Assembly: GCA_964511175.1 (NCBI GenBank)
Contig: CAZEEI010000001.1
Coordinates: 147,187 to 211,186, forward strand
Source: an uncultured Pseudomonadales bacterium
GTDB taxonomy: Bacteria; Patescibacteriota; Microgenomatia; UBA1400; UBA1396
Direction of reading: 5' to 3'
Length of the DNA: 64,000 nt
Shown: positions 55,990-64,000 of the stretch, piece by piece
Numbering within the stretch: position 1 is the first letter of the stretch
How the letters are laid out: each line of letters starts with the position of its first letter
Program-made: the position numbers and the translations under genes
Notes under the pieces: model-generated
The model's input: only the letters and a program-made list of their open reading frames with translations
The model's database searches: none
Told to the model about the DNA's origin: nothing

Positions 55990-56352
55990 CTATGTCAAGA
56001 ACACCACTGGTTTTAGTAGAAGCCGTATTTGTACCCAGCAATAGGTTGCGCCGGCAAAGCTTTGGGGTGGTTTTCCGCAAAATGTTCCCTTGGCGAGATC
56101 ACGACAGGTGCCGCACACCGGTGTACTGTGGGCAATGATACGGTCAAAGGAATGAGGGCGAAAAGGCAAATTAGCTGATCCGGCCACGACTACCGTACCA
56201 GCCTCCCTGAGACGGGTCAAGTTGCCTCCACCGTCACTGCAAACAAAATCCGGACTTAAAATATGAGGTAGGTTGCACTGTATGGCACCAACTTCGCTCG
56301 GTGTTCCCTCCCCGCCCAAAGCCAGCACCATTATTTCACGACTTTGCCGCAT
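55990..56352 (-). CDS. SAM-methyltransferase-like hypothetical protein
   Basis: VLALGGEG, ANLPFRPHSFDRII, LLKP. Confidence 0.45.
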   Translation of the reverse strand: MRQSREIMVLALGGEGTPSEVGAIQCNLPHILSPDFVCSDGGGNLTRLREAGTVVVAGSANLPFRPHSFDRIIAHSTPVCGTCRDLAKGTFCGKPPQSFAGATYCWVQIRLLLKPVVFLT

Positions 56353-56399
56353 GGAACGGAATTGTAATGATGATCGACATTGATGTCAATTAGTTTATT

Positions 56400-57443
56400 T
56401 TAGTTCTCTGTCCGTTCGCACCCGCTATCCCGATTAACCAGTGGGCTATCGATATCTTTTTCGTAGTTTAGAATAAACACCGCATTGGCTGTTTCTAAAT
56501 CGCTCAAACTATCGGTAGAAAAATCAGGATCAACGCTGTACCAGATCTGGTCGGCAAAATAACAGGCCAAATCCTGGTGGACAAACTCCCGGCCATGGCG
56601 AGCGTAGATTTCGTTGCGTGCCACTTTTAGTTCCCAGGGAGACAAATCGGTTAGGTCAGCCTTAGTCACTTTTTTGGTATCAGAAGCAGGCAAAATGTAA
56701 GTAGGCATTCCGGCGTCCTGATCAGAAGGTGGCTCATCTGGCGTGGGCGGCTCAGTGGTAGTCGGTTGATTAAAGGTAGAATCACCCCCCTGATTATCAT
56801 AGGTAGCCACAACCTGGAATTTGGTATTCTCACCATCACTGTCTGTTTCGTCGAAGGTAATCGTGGCGGAGAAATCCGGTTGTTCAATCTTAATCGAAGC
56901 CGTTTGTTGCTTAGTTAAGTGGTTAACGGCTTCTATTTCCCAGTCGTTTAATTTAGCCATGGCCACGTAGTAGTCGTAAATGGTTTGAGCCGAATCAGCT
57001 GAAGTTACTGTGATGTCAAAAGATTCAGGCAGACCGCCTTTATTTGAGACGGCAGTGCTGTTTGGATAGCGGAGACCATCTCTTATTTCTTTTGCTCTTT
57101 TAGTAATGAGGTAAGTGACACCCTCTGGCTCGCTAGTTGGTTGTGGGGAGGCTGATTCGGGAATCGGCTGGGGAGTAGCACTAACCAGCTTGCTGGTGAC
57201 ATTTTTCGGCAAGACTTGTAAAAGGTTGCCACCAAACTGTTGTTCGGCTCGTAATCCCAAGACGATGGCCACGGCCAGCAGGGCTACAAAAATTACGGCC
57301 ATAATTAACCAAGTTGTAGTGGCTGACTGGGTGGTGGTGTCAGCGGCTTCAGTTTCCGTTTCTTTGATGTCCGTTTCAGTTACCACTGGTTCAGTTTTTT
57401 CCTCAATTGCTGAAGTGGTTTTTTTGGCCGAATCTTTTTCCAT
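56400..57443 (-). CDS. membrane-anchored YARHG-domain protein
   Basis: ARNEIYARHGREF...YF...WY. Confidence 0.9.
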   Translation of the reverse strand: MEKDSAKKTTSAIEEKTEPVVTETDIKETETEAADTTTQSATTTWLIMAVIFVALLAVAIVLGLRAEQQFGGNLLQVLPKNVTSKLVSATPQPIPESASPQPTSEPEGVTYLITKRAKEIRDGLRYPNSTAVSNKGGLPESFDITVTSADSAQTIYDYYVAMAKLNDWEIEAVNHLTKQQTASIKIEQPDFSATITFDETDSDGENTKFQVVATYDNQGGDSTFNQPTTTEPPTPDEPPSDQDAGMPTYILPASDTKKVTKADLTDLSPWELKVARNEIYARHGREFVHQDLACYFADQIWYSVDPDFSTDSLSDLETANAVFILNYEKDIDSPLVNRDSGCERTEN

Positions 57444-57448
57444 ACGCT

Positions 57449-57733
57449 TTACGAAACCTTTCTATTTGGAATAAACACCAACTCTTTATTATCCATAGTC
57501 TGCAGATCTTCAATTTTCAGGTTTGCCAGCGTGACGCCGACCACTAGTTGGGTAACCTTATCCCCTGATTTTCCCTCTACCTTGGTAACAGTGCACTTTT
57601 TATCCTGAATGATGGTTGTCATGCCAGGCATAATTTCGCCGCTAGTCACCTGCCCCATGAGGACAGCTTGCCCCCCAACCGCAAAAACCGACTGCAAACT
57701 GAAATGTGCCGGCCCGGGAGGATTAGTAGGCAT
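57449..57733 (-). CDS. small beta-barrel protein resembling EF-Tu domain II
   Basis: FSLQSVFAVGGQAVLMGQVTSGEIMPGM...VTKVE...VGVTL. Confidence 0.5.
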   Translation of the reverse strand: MPTNPPGPAHFSLQSVFAVGGQAVLMGQVTSGEIMPGMTTIIQDKKCTVTKVEGKSGDKVTQLVVGVTLANLKIEDLQTMDNKELVFIPNRKVS

Positions 57734-58274
57734 AGTAGAACCGATCCAACAAACTATTAACGATAAGTTTTAAGGCCTCTTGGAAAAAAGTAGGACTAAT
57801 GAGTAGCACTGCCACTAAAGAACCGCCGGCAATCACAATCGACAGCCACTTAGTGTACGTTCCGTAGGTTCTAAAGACGAGAATGACTGACAGGACAGCG
57901 GTTAAGAGTGGTCCAAAAACCTTGATGTCACCCAGCGGCAAGGTATAACCGGCAATGTATTTTTCTGATTCGCCAAAGAAGTTGGCCAGATCATAGTTAA
58001 CGCCAAAAAGAATGAGGATAAGCTCAAGGACAATAATACCCAACAGCATGATCGAGCTAATCTTGGTGGAAGCCCCCTCTTCCGTGCGAATTACTTCGTA
58101 GATAACGGCCGGTAGGAGGAAAAACAAAGCTAAAAAAGCGCTGTGTAGGACTAGGGCCAGCATGCTCCCAATTACGGCGATGACGGTTACTACCAGGCAA
58201 ACATCAAAGGGTTTAAGGGAGTTAAGATCGAATTTACCTTTCGCGGTTGGTTGAGTTTTTTCCATATAGATCAA
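57723..58274 (-). CDS. multi-TM membrane protein
   Basis: About five hydrophobic segments; overlaps or abuts neighbours. Confidence 0.75.
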   Translation of the reverse strand: MIYMEKTQPTAKGKFDLNSLKPFDVCLVVTVIAVIGSMLALVLHSAFLALFFLLPAVIYEVIRTEEGASTKISSIMLLGIIVLELILILFGVNYDLANFFGESEKYIAGYTLPLGDIKVFGPLLTAVLSVILVFRTYGTYTKWLSIVIAGGSLVAVLLISPTFFQEALKLIVNSLLDRFYYAY

Positions 58275-58276
58275 TC

Positions 58277-59335
58277 CTAATTTTTATTTTTTAGAGCGTC
58301 AATGACCGTTGTTAAGATTAGGCTGACTTGTTCGCGGTTGGCGTAGCCTTCGTTGGCGAGGGTACTGGCTACCGGGATCAAGTGCTTAGTGGTGTACATT
58401 TTCCCTTCAACCTTTTCTTTTTCCACGTAAGTGTCGGTTTTAGTTAGGCTTTCGTGGAAAGTTTTACCACTGGGCAGCACGTTTAGCATGGATAATAAAT
58501 CGCCCATTAATACATAGCGTCCTACCTGGATGGCCAAGCAACTTTTGATTTTTTTGGCCGGTGGTTCTGGTTTGGGTTTTTGCGGCAGTACGCCTTTACC
58601 GGCTAAGGGGTCAAAGCCACCTCCCTGAAACTTACTTTTATCCGGTACGTATTTTGGTTTTTTCTTAGCCTCTTCTTGCCGAAGATACTCTGGGTTATCC
58701 ATTTCCGTGACCACCGCGGGGTAGCCCAGCACCGTGCCTAGAGAAGTTTTCATACCGGCGACGACGGTTTGATCTTTGTATTCGGCCGTTGCTTTTTTTA
58801 ACATGGCCTTGACGCTTGCTAGCTGTTCGGCGGGAATATGCTGTTTAACTTGTTCATTGTCAAGGTAACTGGTTAATTTACCATCGCTGCCGGGAAGTTT
58901 GAGATCGCCAAAGCCGCCCGTACGAAGAGCTAACTGTTGTTCCAGAGCCTGTTTGGCCCCGGCCGCATCTTCATAGCGGGTGATGGTGAAAAAAGCCAAA
59001 ACATCGTATTTTTCATCCCGCAGCTTATTAAATTGTTGACGCAAGTTTGCTACATCGGTGGGGGTATAACCCTTCATCCAGCCGGACTCGGCCATTTTAG
59101 TCATGCCTTCAAAGAATTTGGTCATGGTGCCCCGTGGGGTAATACCATGGACGGACACAGTTTCGCCGTCTACCGTAGCGGTGGGGTTGCCGCTAGTCAA
59201 GAGTGGGTTGGCCTGGTTTTCGGGATCCAGATGGCCGAGTTTAAAAGCGACTTGTACCTCAGTGCTTTCCCGTGAAATCTCTGCCCATCCTTTGGGTAAC
59301 CAGTTACTGGCCAGAGCAACGGCCAGTTTACTCAC
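58277..59335 (-). CDS. hypothetical protein
   Basis: 352-aa ORF overlapping the upstream gene. Confidence 0.75.
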   Translation of the reverse strand: MSKLAVALASNWLPKGWAEISRESTEVQVAFKLGHLDPENQANPLLTSGNPTATVDGETVSVHGITPRGTMTKFFEGMTKMAESGWMKGYTPTDVANLRQQFNKLRDEKYDVLAFFTITRYEDAAGAKQALEQQLALRTGGFGDLKLPGSDGKLTSYLDNEQVKQHIPAEQLASVKAMLKKATAEYKDQTVVAGMKTSLGTVLGYPAVVTEMDNPEYLRQEEAKKKPKYVPDKSKFQGGGFDPLAGKGVLPQKPKPEPPAKKIKSCLAIQVGRYVLMGDLLSMLNVLPSGKTFHESLTKTDTYVEKEKVEGKMYTTKHLIPVASTLANEGYANREQVSLILTTVIDALKNKN

Positions 59336-60158
59336 AGTATTCCTGCTCCTCTACACCAGCCTCGTTGAAAGCGTAGGTGCACTGGCGGTCGTTCTTTTTA
59401 ACTTGAGCGCCAATTGGCAAGTAACGACCATCCGTTTTTTGGAAAACAATTGAGCTGTCCTCCGGCTGATCGATTACCATACACACCTTCATACCAGTGA
59501 CATCGTCAGTAGTTTCATACCCGGTGGCTTCCCAGCAACAGGTTTCGTAACCAATGCCACCCAGCGTGATCCTCTCCTTGCCGGTGACGGTAACTTTTCC
59601 CTGAACGGACTGATAGAACGTGCCAGTTTTGCATTCCCGTAGTTCCTGGTTGTCTGGTTCAGAAGAAGTATCCTCTCCTTCTCCGCCCGTTCCCTCTTCC
59701 GGATTAGCGCCCCCACCACCATTGCCATTTTCGGCGAAAGAATCCTCAAAGGACTTCTTTAGTTCAACTGCACCGGTCTCACAAGCTTTTTTGTCTGGAG
59801 CCTTTTGGCACAGGCTGAGGTCATTAAAAGAAACGGCGATCAGGGCATAACATTCCGTGCTACCGTTGAGCTGGCAGGTGGCCAGTCCCTCCTCTTTGCT
59901 TTGGACAGTTGAACCCGGCGGCAGACCGGGTACTTGTCCACCCATTTTCTGCCAAGCCTCCAGTGGGTTTCCCGCCGCCGACTTCCCCCCAACCAAATTC
60001 TGGAGGGCGGCAATACCGGTAAGGACTTGATGATTAATTCTGGATTTAACAAAGGAATAACCAAACGCCCCCACGAAGGCTAAAACAACAATAATCACTC
60101 CTAAACTAAGCACCAATTTATTAGGAGAGGTTGATGAATTTTTGCCGGATTTTTTCAT
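59328..60158 (-). CDS. membrane-anchored Cys-rich extracellular protein
   Basis: N-terminal TM, ten Cys, G/E-rich linker. Confidence 0.75.
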   Translation of the reverse strand: MKKSGKNSSTSPNKLVLSLGVIIVVLAFVGAFGYSFVKSRINHQVLTGIAALQNLVGGKSAAGNPLEAWQKMGGQVPGLPPGSTVQSKEEGLATCQLNGSTECYALIAVSFNDLSLCQKAPDKKACETGAVELKKSFEDSFAENGNGGGGANPEEGTGGEGEDTSSEPDNQELRECKTGTFYQSVQGKVTVTGKERITLGGIGYETCCWEATGYETTDDVTGMKVCMVIDQPEDSSIVFQKTDGRYLPIGAQVKKNDRQCTYAFNEAGVEEQEYCE

Positions 60159-60290
60159 ACGCTACCCTTTCTTACTATGTTGTCAGTGATTAAAACACAC
60201 TCACAAAAAAGAACTACGCATTCAGTATAAAGTGTTATATATTAAAGATAAAGTCATTAGCAAAACATTTTGCTAGTTAAGGAGGCGAGT

Positions 60291-60767
60291 ATGTTGGATT
60301 TTTTAACCGGAAAGCCAGCGGTTAAATATATGGACCAGGTGGGTCAAGTATTTAAGCAGATTCCGCATCTACCTAAAGAAATTGTTAACTTGTTGGTTAG
60401 TGTTGTTCCTTGGTTAGCTCTTTTAGGTGGAGTTTTGGGGGCGATTGGGGCAGTGACCACAGTTTTGGGTGGGTCGGCAGTGTATCGAGCCAGTTGGATG
60501 ATGGCCGGAGTTGGTTCTGGCTACTCCCTCTACATAATCATTGCCGCCGTTTTTTCCGCTGTTATGGCAGCCTTGCTGCTCATGGCTTTTGCTCCGCTCA
60601 AGGACAAAAAAGCAGCCGGTTGGGCTTTCCTGTTTTGGGCTAACGTAATCAGTATTGCCCAAAATTTGGTTGGTCTAGTGCTTTGGCACGGTAGTATCGT
60701 TGGCATCATTCTAAGTGTTGCCATCGGTCTTTACCTGCTCTACGAAGTCCGGCCAATGTACAAATAA
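60291..60767 (+). CDS. 4-TM membrane protein
   Basis: SD AAGGAGG before ATG 60291; PHLP...PW...GW...YLLYEVRPMYK. Confidence 0.8.
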   Translation: MLDFLTGKPAVKYMDQVGQVFKQIPHLPKEIVNLLVSVVPWLALLGGVLGAIGAVTTVLGGSAVYRASWMMAGVGSGYSLYIIIAAVFSAVMAALLLMAFAPLKDKKAAGWAFLFWANVISIAQNLVGLVLWHGSIVGIILSVAIGLYLLYEVRPMYK

Positions 60768-60783
60768 ATGTACTGATTTCAAC

Positions 60784-60816
60784 AACGCCCCCCATATCCA
60801 TGGGGGGCGTTTTGTT
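60784..60816. terminator. intrinsic (probably bidirectional) terminator
   Basis: 12-bp perfect stem AACGCCCCCCAT/ATGGGGGGCGTT between convergent genes. Confidence 0.85.
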
Positions 60817-60830
60817 AACTGTCGCTATTT

Positions 60831-61793
60831 TTATCTGTGCCAGGTAATAACATTCTGATGCAGCAGTATTTCGGTACCCAAAAATAAGATGTAGAGTATT
60901 AGCAGAACCGATCCTTCCCAGCGGGATACCGAGTTCTTAGTTCTGGCAAAGTAGTAAAAAGCCAACAAACCGACAATGAGAAAAAGCAGGCTTACCAGAT
61001 AGCTGTTAGTTAAAAAGACAGGCTTATCGTAAATAAACGTTAACAAACCAAGCAGGAAAGTATTGAAAGCCGCTGACCCAACGTAATCACCAAAGGCAAC
61101 TTGGTGGTTCCGCATGCCGGCTGAACGAACAGCTAGGGATAATTCGGGTACATTAGTCCCAATCGCAATTAAAAGCAAACTGATTAAGAACGGCGAAACC
61201 CGCAGGAGGTCAGAAAAATAGAGAGTTTGCTCCACTACAAAGCGGCTGGCTACAAAGATTGTTAACACACCGAACAGGATTTTTAATAATTCCTTACCAA
61301 TTCTAATACCTGATTGTTTATTAAAACGCTTGAGGCGTTCAATCAATCCCTGCTTGGCCTGAACGCTGATTAAAAGACAACCAAAGAATAATAAGGCAAT
61401 AACACTGTCGGTTCTACTTACTCTTCCGTCCATGGCCAAAATAACCGGCAGAGCAATCACTACCAAGGAGGCCGGCAGATTAAATCCTTGGAACTCAGGA
61501 GTAATACGGATCGATTTTCCCGCGATAGCTAAAATCGGGATAATCAGCATAAAAATGACGATGGAAGCGCCAATGAGGTTACCTACGTAAATTTCGGGGT
61601 CACTCGCCAAAATAGCATTAATTCCCACCGACAGCTCGCTAATCGAGGTGAAAAAACCAAGCACCACAAAAGATACCGCAAACGAAGAAACCCGCAGAGT
61701 CCGCGACAACCGCTCCACCGACTTAACGGCTAGGCCTGATCCTACCCAGATGCCGGCAAAAGATAAAAGGTAGATGAGCAGGTGAACTAGCAT
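60831..61793 (-). CDS. Ca2+/cation (CaCA, YrbG-like) antiporter
   Basis: Alpha repeats TSISEL...GNLIGAS and GTNVPEL...GDYVGS. Confidence 0.9.
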   Translation of the reverse strand: MLVHLLIYLLSFAGIWVGSGLAVKSVERLSRTLRVSSFAVSFVVLGFFTSISELSVGINAILASDPEIYVGNLIGASIVIFMLIIPILAIAGKSIRITPEFQGFNLPASLVVIALPVILAMDGRVSRTDSVIALLFFGCLLISVQAKQGLIERLKRFNKQSGIRIGKELLKILFGVLTIFVASRFVVEQTLYFSDLLRVSPFLISLLLIAIGTNVPELSLAVRSAGMRNHQVAFGDYVGSAAFNTFLLGLLTFIYDKPVFLTNSYLVSLLFLIVGLLAFYYFARTKNSVSRWEGSVLLILYILFLGTEILLHQNVITWHR

Positions 61794-61856
61794 ATGTTTG
61801 CCTGATTGGAGTATAGCAAAGGCAAGGTTTCTTTGGCCGCACTTTTCTCTAAATCG

Positions 61857-63734
61857 CTAATCGCCGGCCGAACAATCCTGAGAACAATTTTCCTGGTTCT
61901 CTCCTAATTTTGGTTCACAATAACTATTACCACAACTGTCTTCAGTTATAGATCGATCCTGCTGTTCCGTTGCCGGTTTGGACTTAAAAATATTTTTAAA
62001 GAAATCAACAATCTTTTCCCAAAAATTCATTTTTTGCACCAACCGGGTGACAATTGAGTTATTTTCAACATTAATATTATTGTTTTGTCTGACTTGATCT
62101 TCTGGCACCGGTTCGATCACCGGCTTGCAGGGAAAAACTTTACCCGCTTGATCTTTATTAAAGCTTTCAAAAAAGTAAGTCGAACCAGAAGTGCCGGTGG
62201 CAACATACTGGCCGTTGGCCGACACATCAATTTCCCCAATATATTCTGCCAAAACAACTTCTTGGTGGAAGTTTTTATCTAGTGGATGATAGACATGAAC
62301 TTTACTGTCTGATCCACCAACAGCCAGCACTGCACCATCATCACTAATCCCCACTGCTCCTAAAGCACCTCGTAAATTCCAATTGGCCACCGGACGACTG
62401 GAGTCTTGGTTAAAAACATAAATCTGGCCATTCATTGTGGCGGCACCAATTTGTTGACCATTATTAGTTATTGCCAAAGCCCGGATCGAACTACCGCCCG
62501 GAGTGTTAAATCGCCATACCGGCTCGGGCGAGTCGTTGGTTAAAAGCACGAGTCCACCGCCATCTGATTCTAGACCAAACGCTGCCGATTTACCGTCCCC
62601 GGTAATCTGGGCTTCATCTACTGGTGAATCGCGCGTAAGCATTTCAGTCTTAACCAGTGGTTGGTTAGTGTTGCGGGAGAAAATATAAGCCCGTCTATCC
62701 GGACAGCCGGTAGCGGCCGCTAAAAACTCGCCGTTATCCGACAGCGAAACTTCGTGAAAATTTCCCGTGGCGTGGTATTGCCACAAAGGTTTATTGGATT
62801 TTTCCTGCCACAAAATTACCAGATTAGAATTTGGGTCAGACTCGGTGCCGGCCGTACCGGCTGCTAGATATTTGCCGTCTTTAGAAATAGTTACACTGTA
62901 AGCGCTATTGTTGCCGACACTGGCCTGCCAAATAGGTTGATTGGACTTTTTGCCAAATAATAGAATCTGACTACCAATAGCCGCGGCAATTTTTTCGCCA
63001 TCACCGGAGATAGCGACCCCACCTTTAACGTCACCACCAATTTCTGCTCCAATGGTTGATTCGTAAACCCAGAGTGGCTGAGATTGGTCGGTGGTAAACA
63101 GATAGACCTTACGGCTACTTTGTGCTGCCAGATACCTACCATCAGCGGATAAAGCTATGCCACCCACCCATTCCTCCCCCACCGGATAACTCCAGATTTT
63201 TGCGCCACTGTGGCCATCGATCAAGACGATTTCGTTATCTTTAAAATCACCCTCAAACAGCACTGGTCCATTATCTGGTGAATCAATAATGGAAGTTCGG
63301 GTTTTACCTAGACCATTGGAAGCCTCAAAGTAGTAAAAATTAGAGCCTAATTTATTAGGGACAAACTGGTATTCATAGCGCACGCCTTGCTGGTAATTAG
63401 TGTTTTCGGAGTCGGCGCTTTTTAAATCGAGCATTTTACCGTTGAAGTACATTCTTACATATTCTGGTGGTCGACCCTCACGATCACGGTAAACCACCGA
63501 ATAGGTGTACCGCTGACAGACTGGACCCCAAAAGGGATAAACATGACCGTCGGATAGTTCAGGGTCATTGGCAGTTTTGGGTAGTTTGGGAATTAAATTG
63601 CTCGCGGGAACTTTGTCTTCGGCCAAAGCCAAACTAGGGATCAATGCCAGGAAAATCAGCGGCAGAAGCAGGAGGGATAAAACGCAACGCCAACGCATCC
63701 CTTCCATTGAATCACGGTGTTCTCCAGATAGCAA
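61857..63734 (-). CDS. secreted WD40/PQQ-like beta-propeller protein
   Basis: Signal peptide; repeated W...V.IS.DG..LAA blades; C-terminal CGNSYCE...NC..DC. Confidence 0.85.
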   Translation of the reverse strand: MLSGEHRDSMEGMRWRCVLSLLLLPLIFLALIPSLALAEDKVPASNLIPKLPKTANDPELSDGHVYPFWGPVCQRYTYSVVYRDREGRPPEYVRMYFNGKMLDLKSADSENTNYQQGVRYEYQFVPNKLGSNFYYFEASNGLGKTRTSIIDSPDNGPVLFEGDFKDNEIVLIDGHSGAKIWSYPVGEEWVGGIALSADGRYLAAQSSRKVYLFTTDQSQPLWVYESTIGAEIGGDVKGGVAISGDGEKIAAAIGSQILLFGKKSNQPIWQASVGNNSAYSVTISKDGKYLAAGTAGTESDPNSNLVILWQEKSNKPLWQYHATGNFHEVSLSDNGEFLAAATGCPDRRAYIFSRNTNQPLVKTEMLTRDSPVDEAQITGDGKSAAFGLESDGGGLVLLTNDSPEPVWRFNTPGGSSIRALAITNNGQQIGAATMNGQIYVFNQDSSRPVANWNLRGALGAVGISDDGAVLAVGGSDSKVHVYHPLDKNFHQEVVLAEYIGEIDVSANGQYVATGTSGSTYFFESFNKDQAGKVFPCKPVIEPVPEDQVRQNNNINVENNSIVTRLVQKMNFWEKIVDFFKNIFKSKPATEQQDRSITEDSCGNSYCEPKLGENQENCSQDCSAGD

Positions 63735-63807
63735 GCTTAATTAACCAGTTAAAAAATACAAAAAAGTTTGATTCGTATCCATATTTCTAATTATGCCAAA
63801 ATGTAGT

Positions 63808-64000
63808 ATGGTAAAGATTGTGATAACTTTTTGGCGCAAGTTATTAATCTGTTTCCTGGGTGTTAGTTTGCTTTTGTTTTTCCGTGGAGGATTGGTTTTG
63901 GCGGCAGAACCCCCTCGCGTGGTTCGGGTGGGCGTCTATGAGAACAAGCCAAAAATTTACCGGGACGAGAACGGCAAAGTAACCGGATTGTTTGGCGATA
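63808..64000 (+). CDS. 5' part of a substrate-binding-domain (PBPb) protein, truncated by the window
   Basis: Signal/TM segment then VVRVGVYENKPKIYRDENGKVTGLFGD. Confidence 0.7.
   Translation, partial: MVKIVITFWRKLLICFLGVSLLLFFRGGLVLAAEPPRVVRVGVYENKPKIYRDENGKVTGLFGD

Overview
The window is bacterial chromosome in the standard genetic code, most consistent with a Patescibacteria/CPR (Microgenomates-like) genome. That placement is inferred from the gene repertoire: DUF5652 protein, KorAB-type oxidoreductase, ADP-forming acetyl-CoA synthetase, minimal hydrogenase-like protein, many orphans and no biosynthetic operons. Recognisable genes cover stress and repair (sodA, mutM, CIRCE-controlled hsp20), fermentation (flavodoxin-korAB, acdAB, tkt, [FeFe]-hydrogenase-like), a five-gene glycosylation locus, a two-component system with a MacAB-type exporter, mgtA, def and a DEAD-box helicase. 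Toxin/nuclease modules are hicAB, doc and a NYN gene. No tRNA, rRNA, CRISPR array, integrase or transposase was seen. The most unusual signals are: (1) five tandem clusters of diverged paralogous orphan genes, with orphans across the window strongly enriched for a C-terminal Arg (often ...N-R or ...N-x-R) encoded by varied codons, a candidate export or degradation tag; (2) a NYN RNase gene overlapped at its 3' end by a predicted ~66-nt antisense hairpin RNA with its own promoter; (3) three arrays of the palindrome GGTCWGACC at an exact 17-nt period, two of which bracket the glycosylation locus; (4) a second, AGAAGT/ACTTCT palindromic repeat family; (5) frequent apparent leaderless transcription. 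All family calls come from motif reading by eye, not from database searches.
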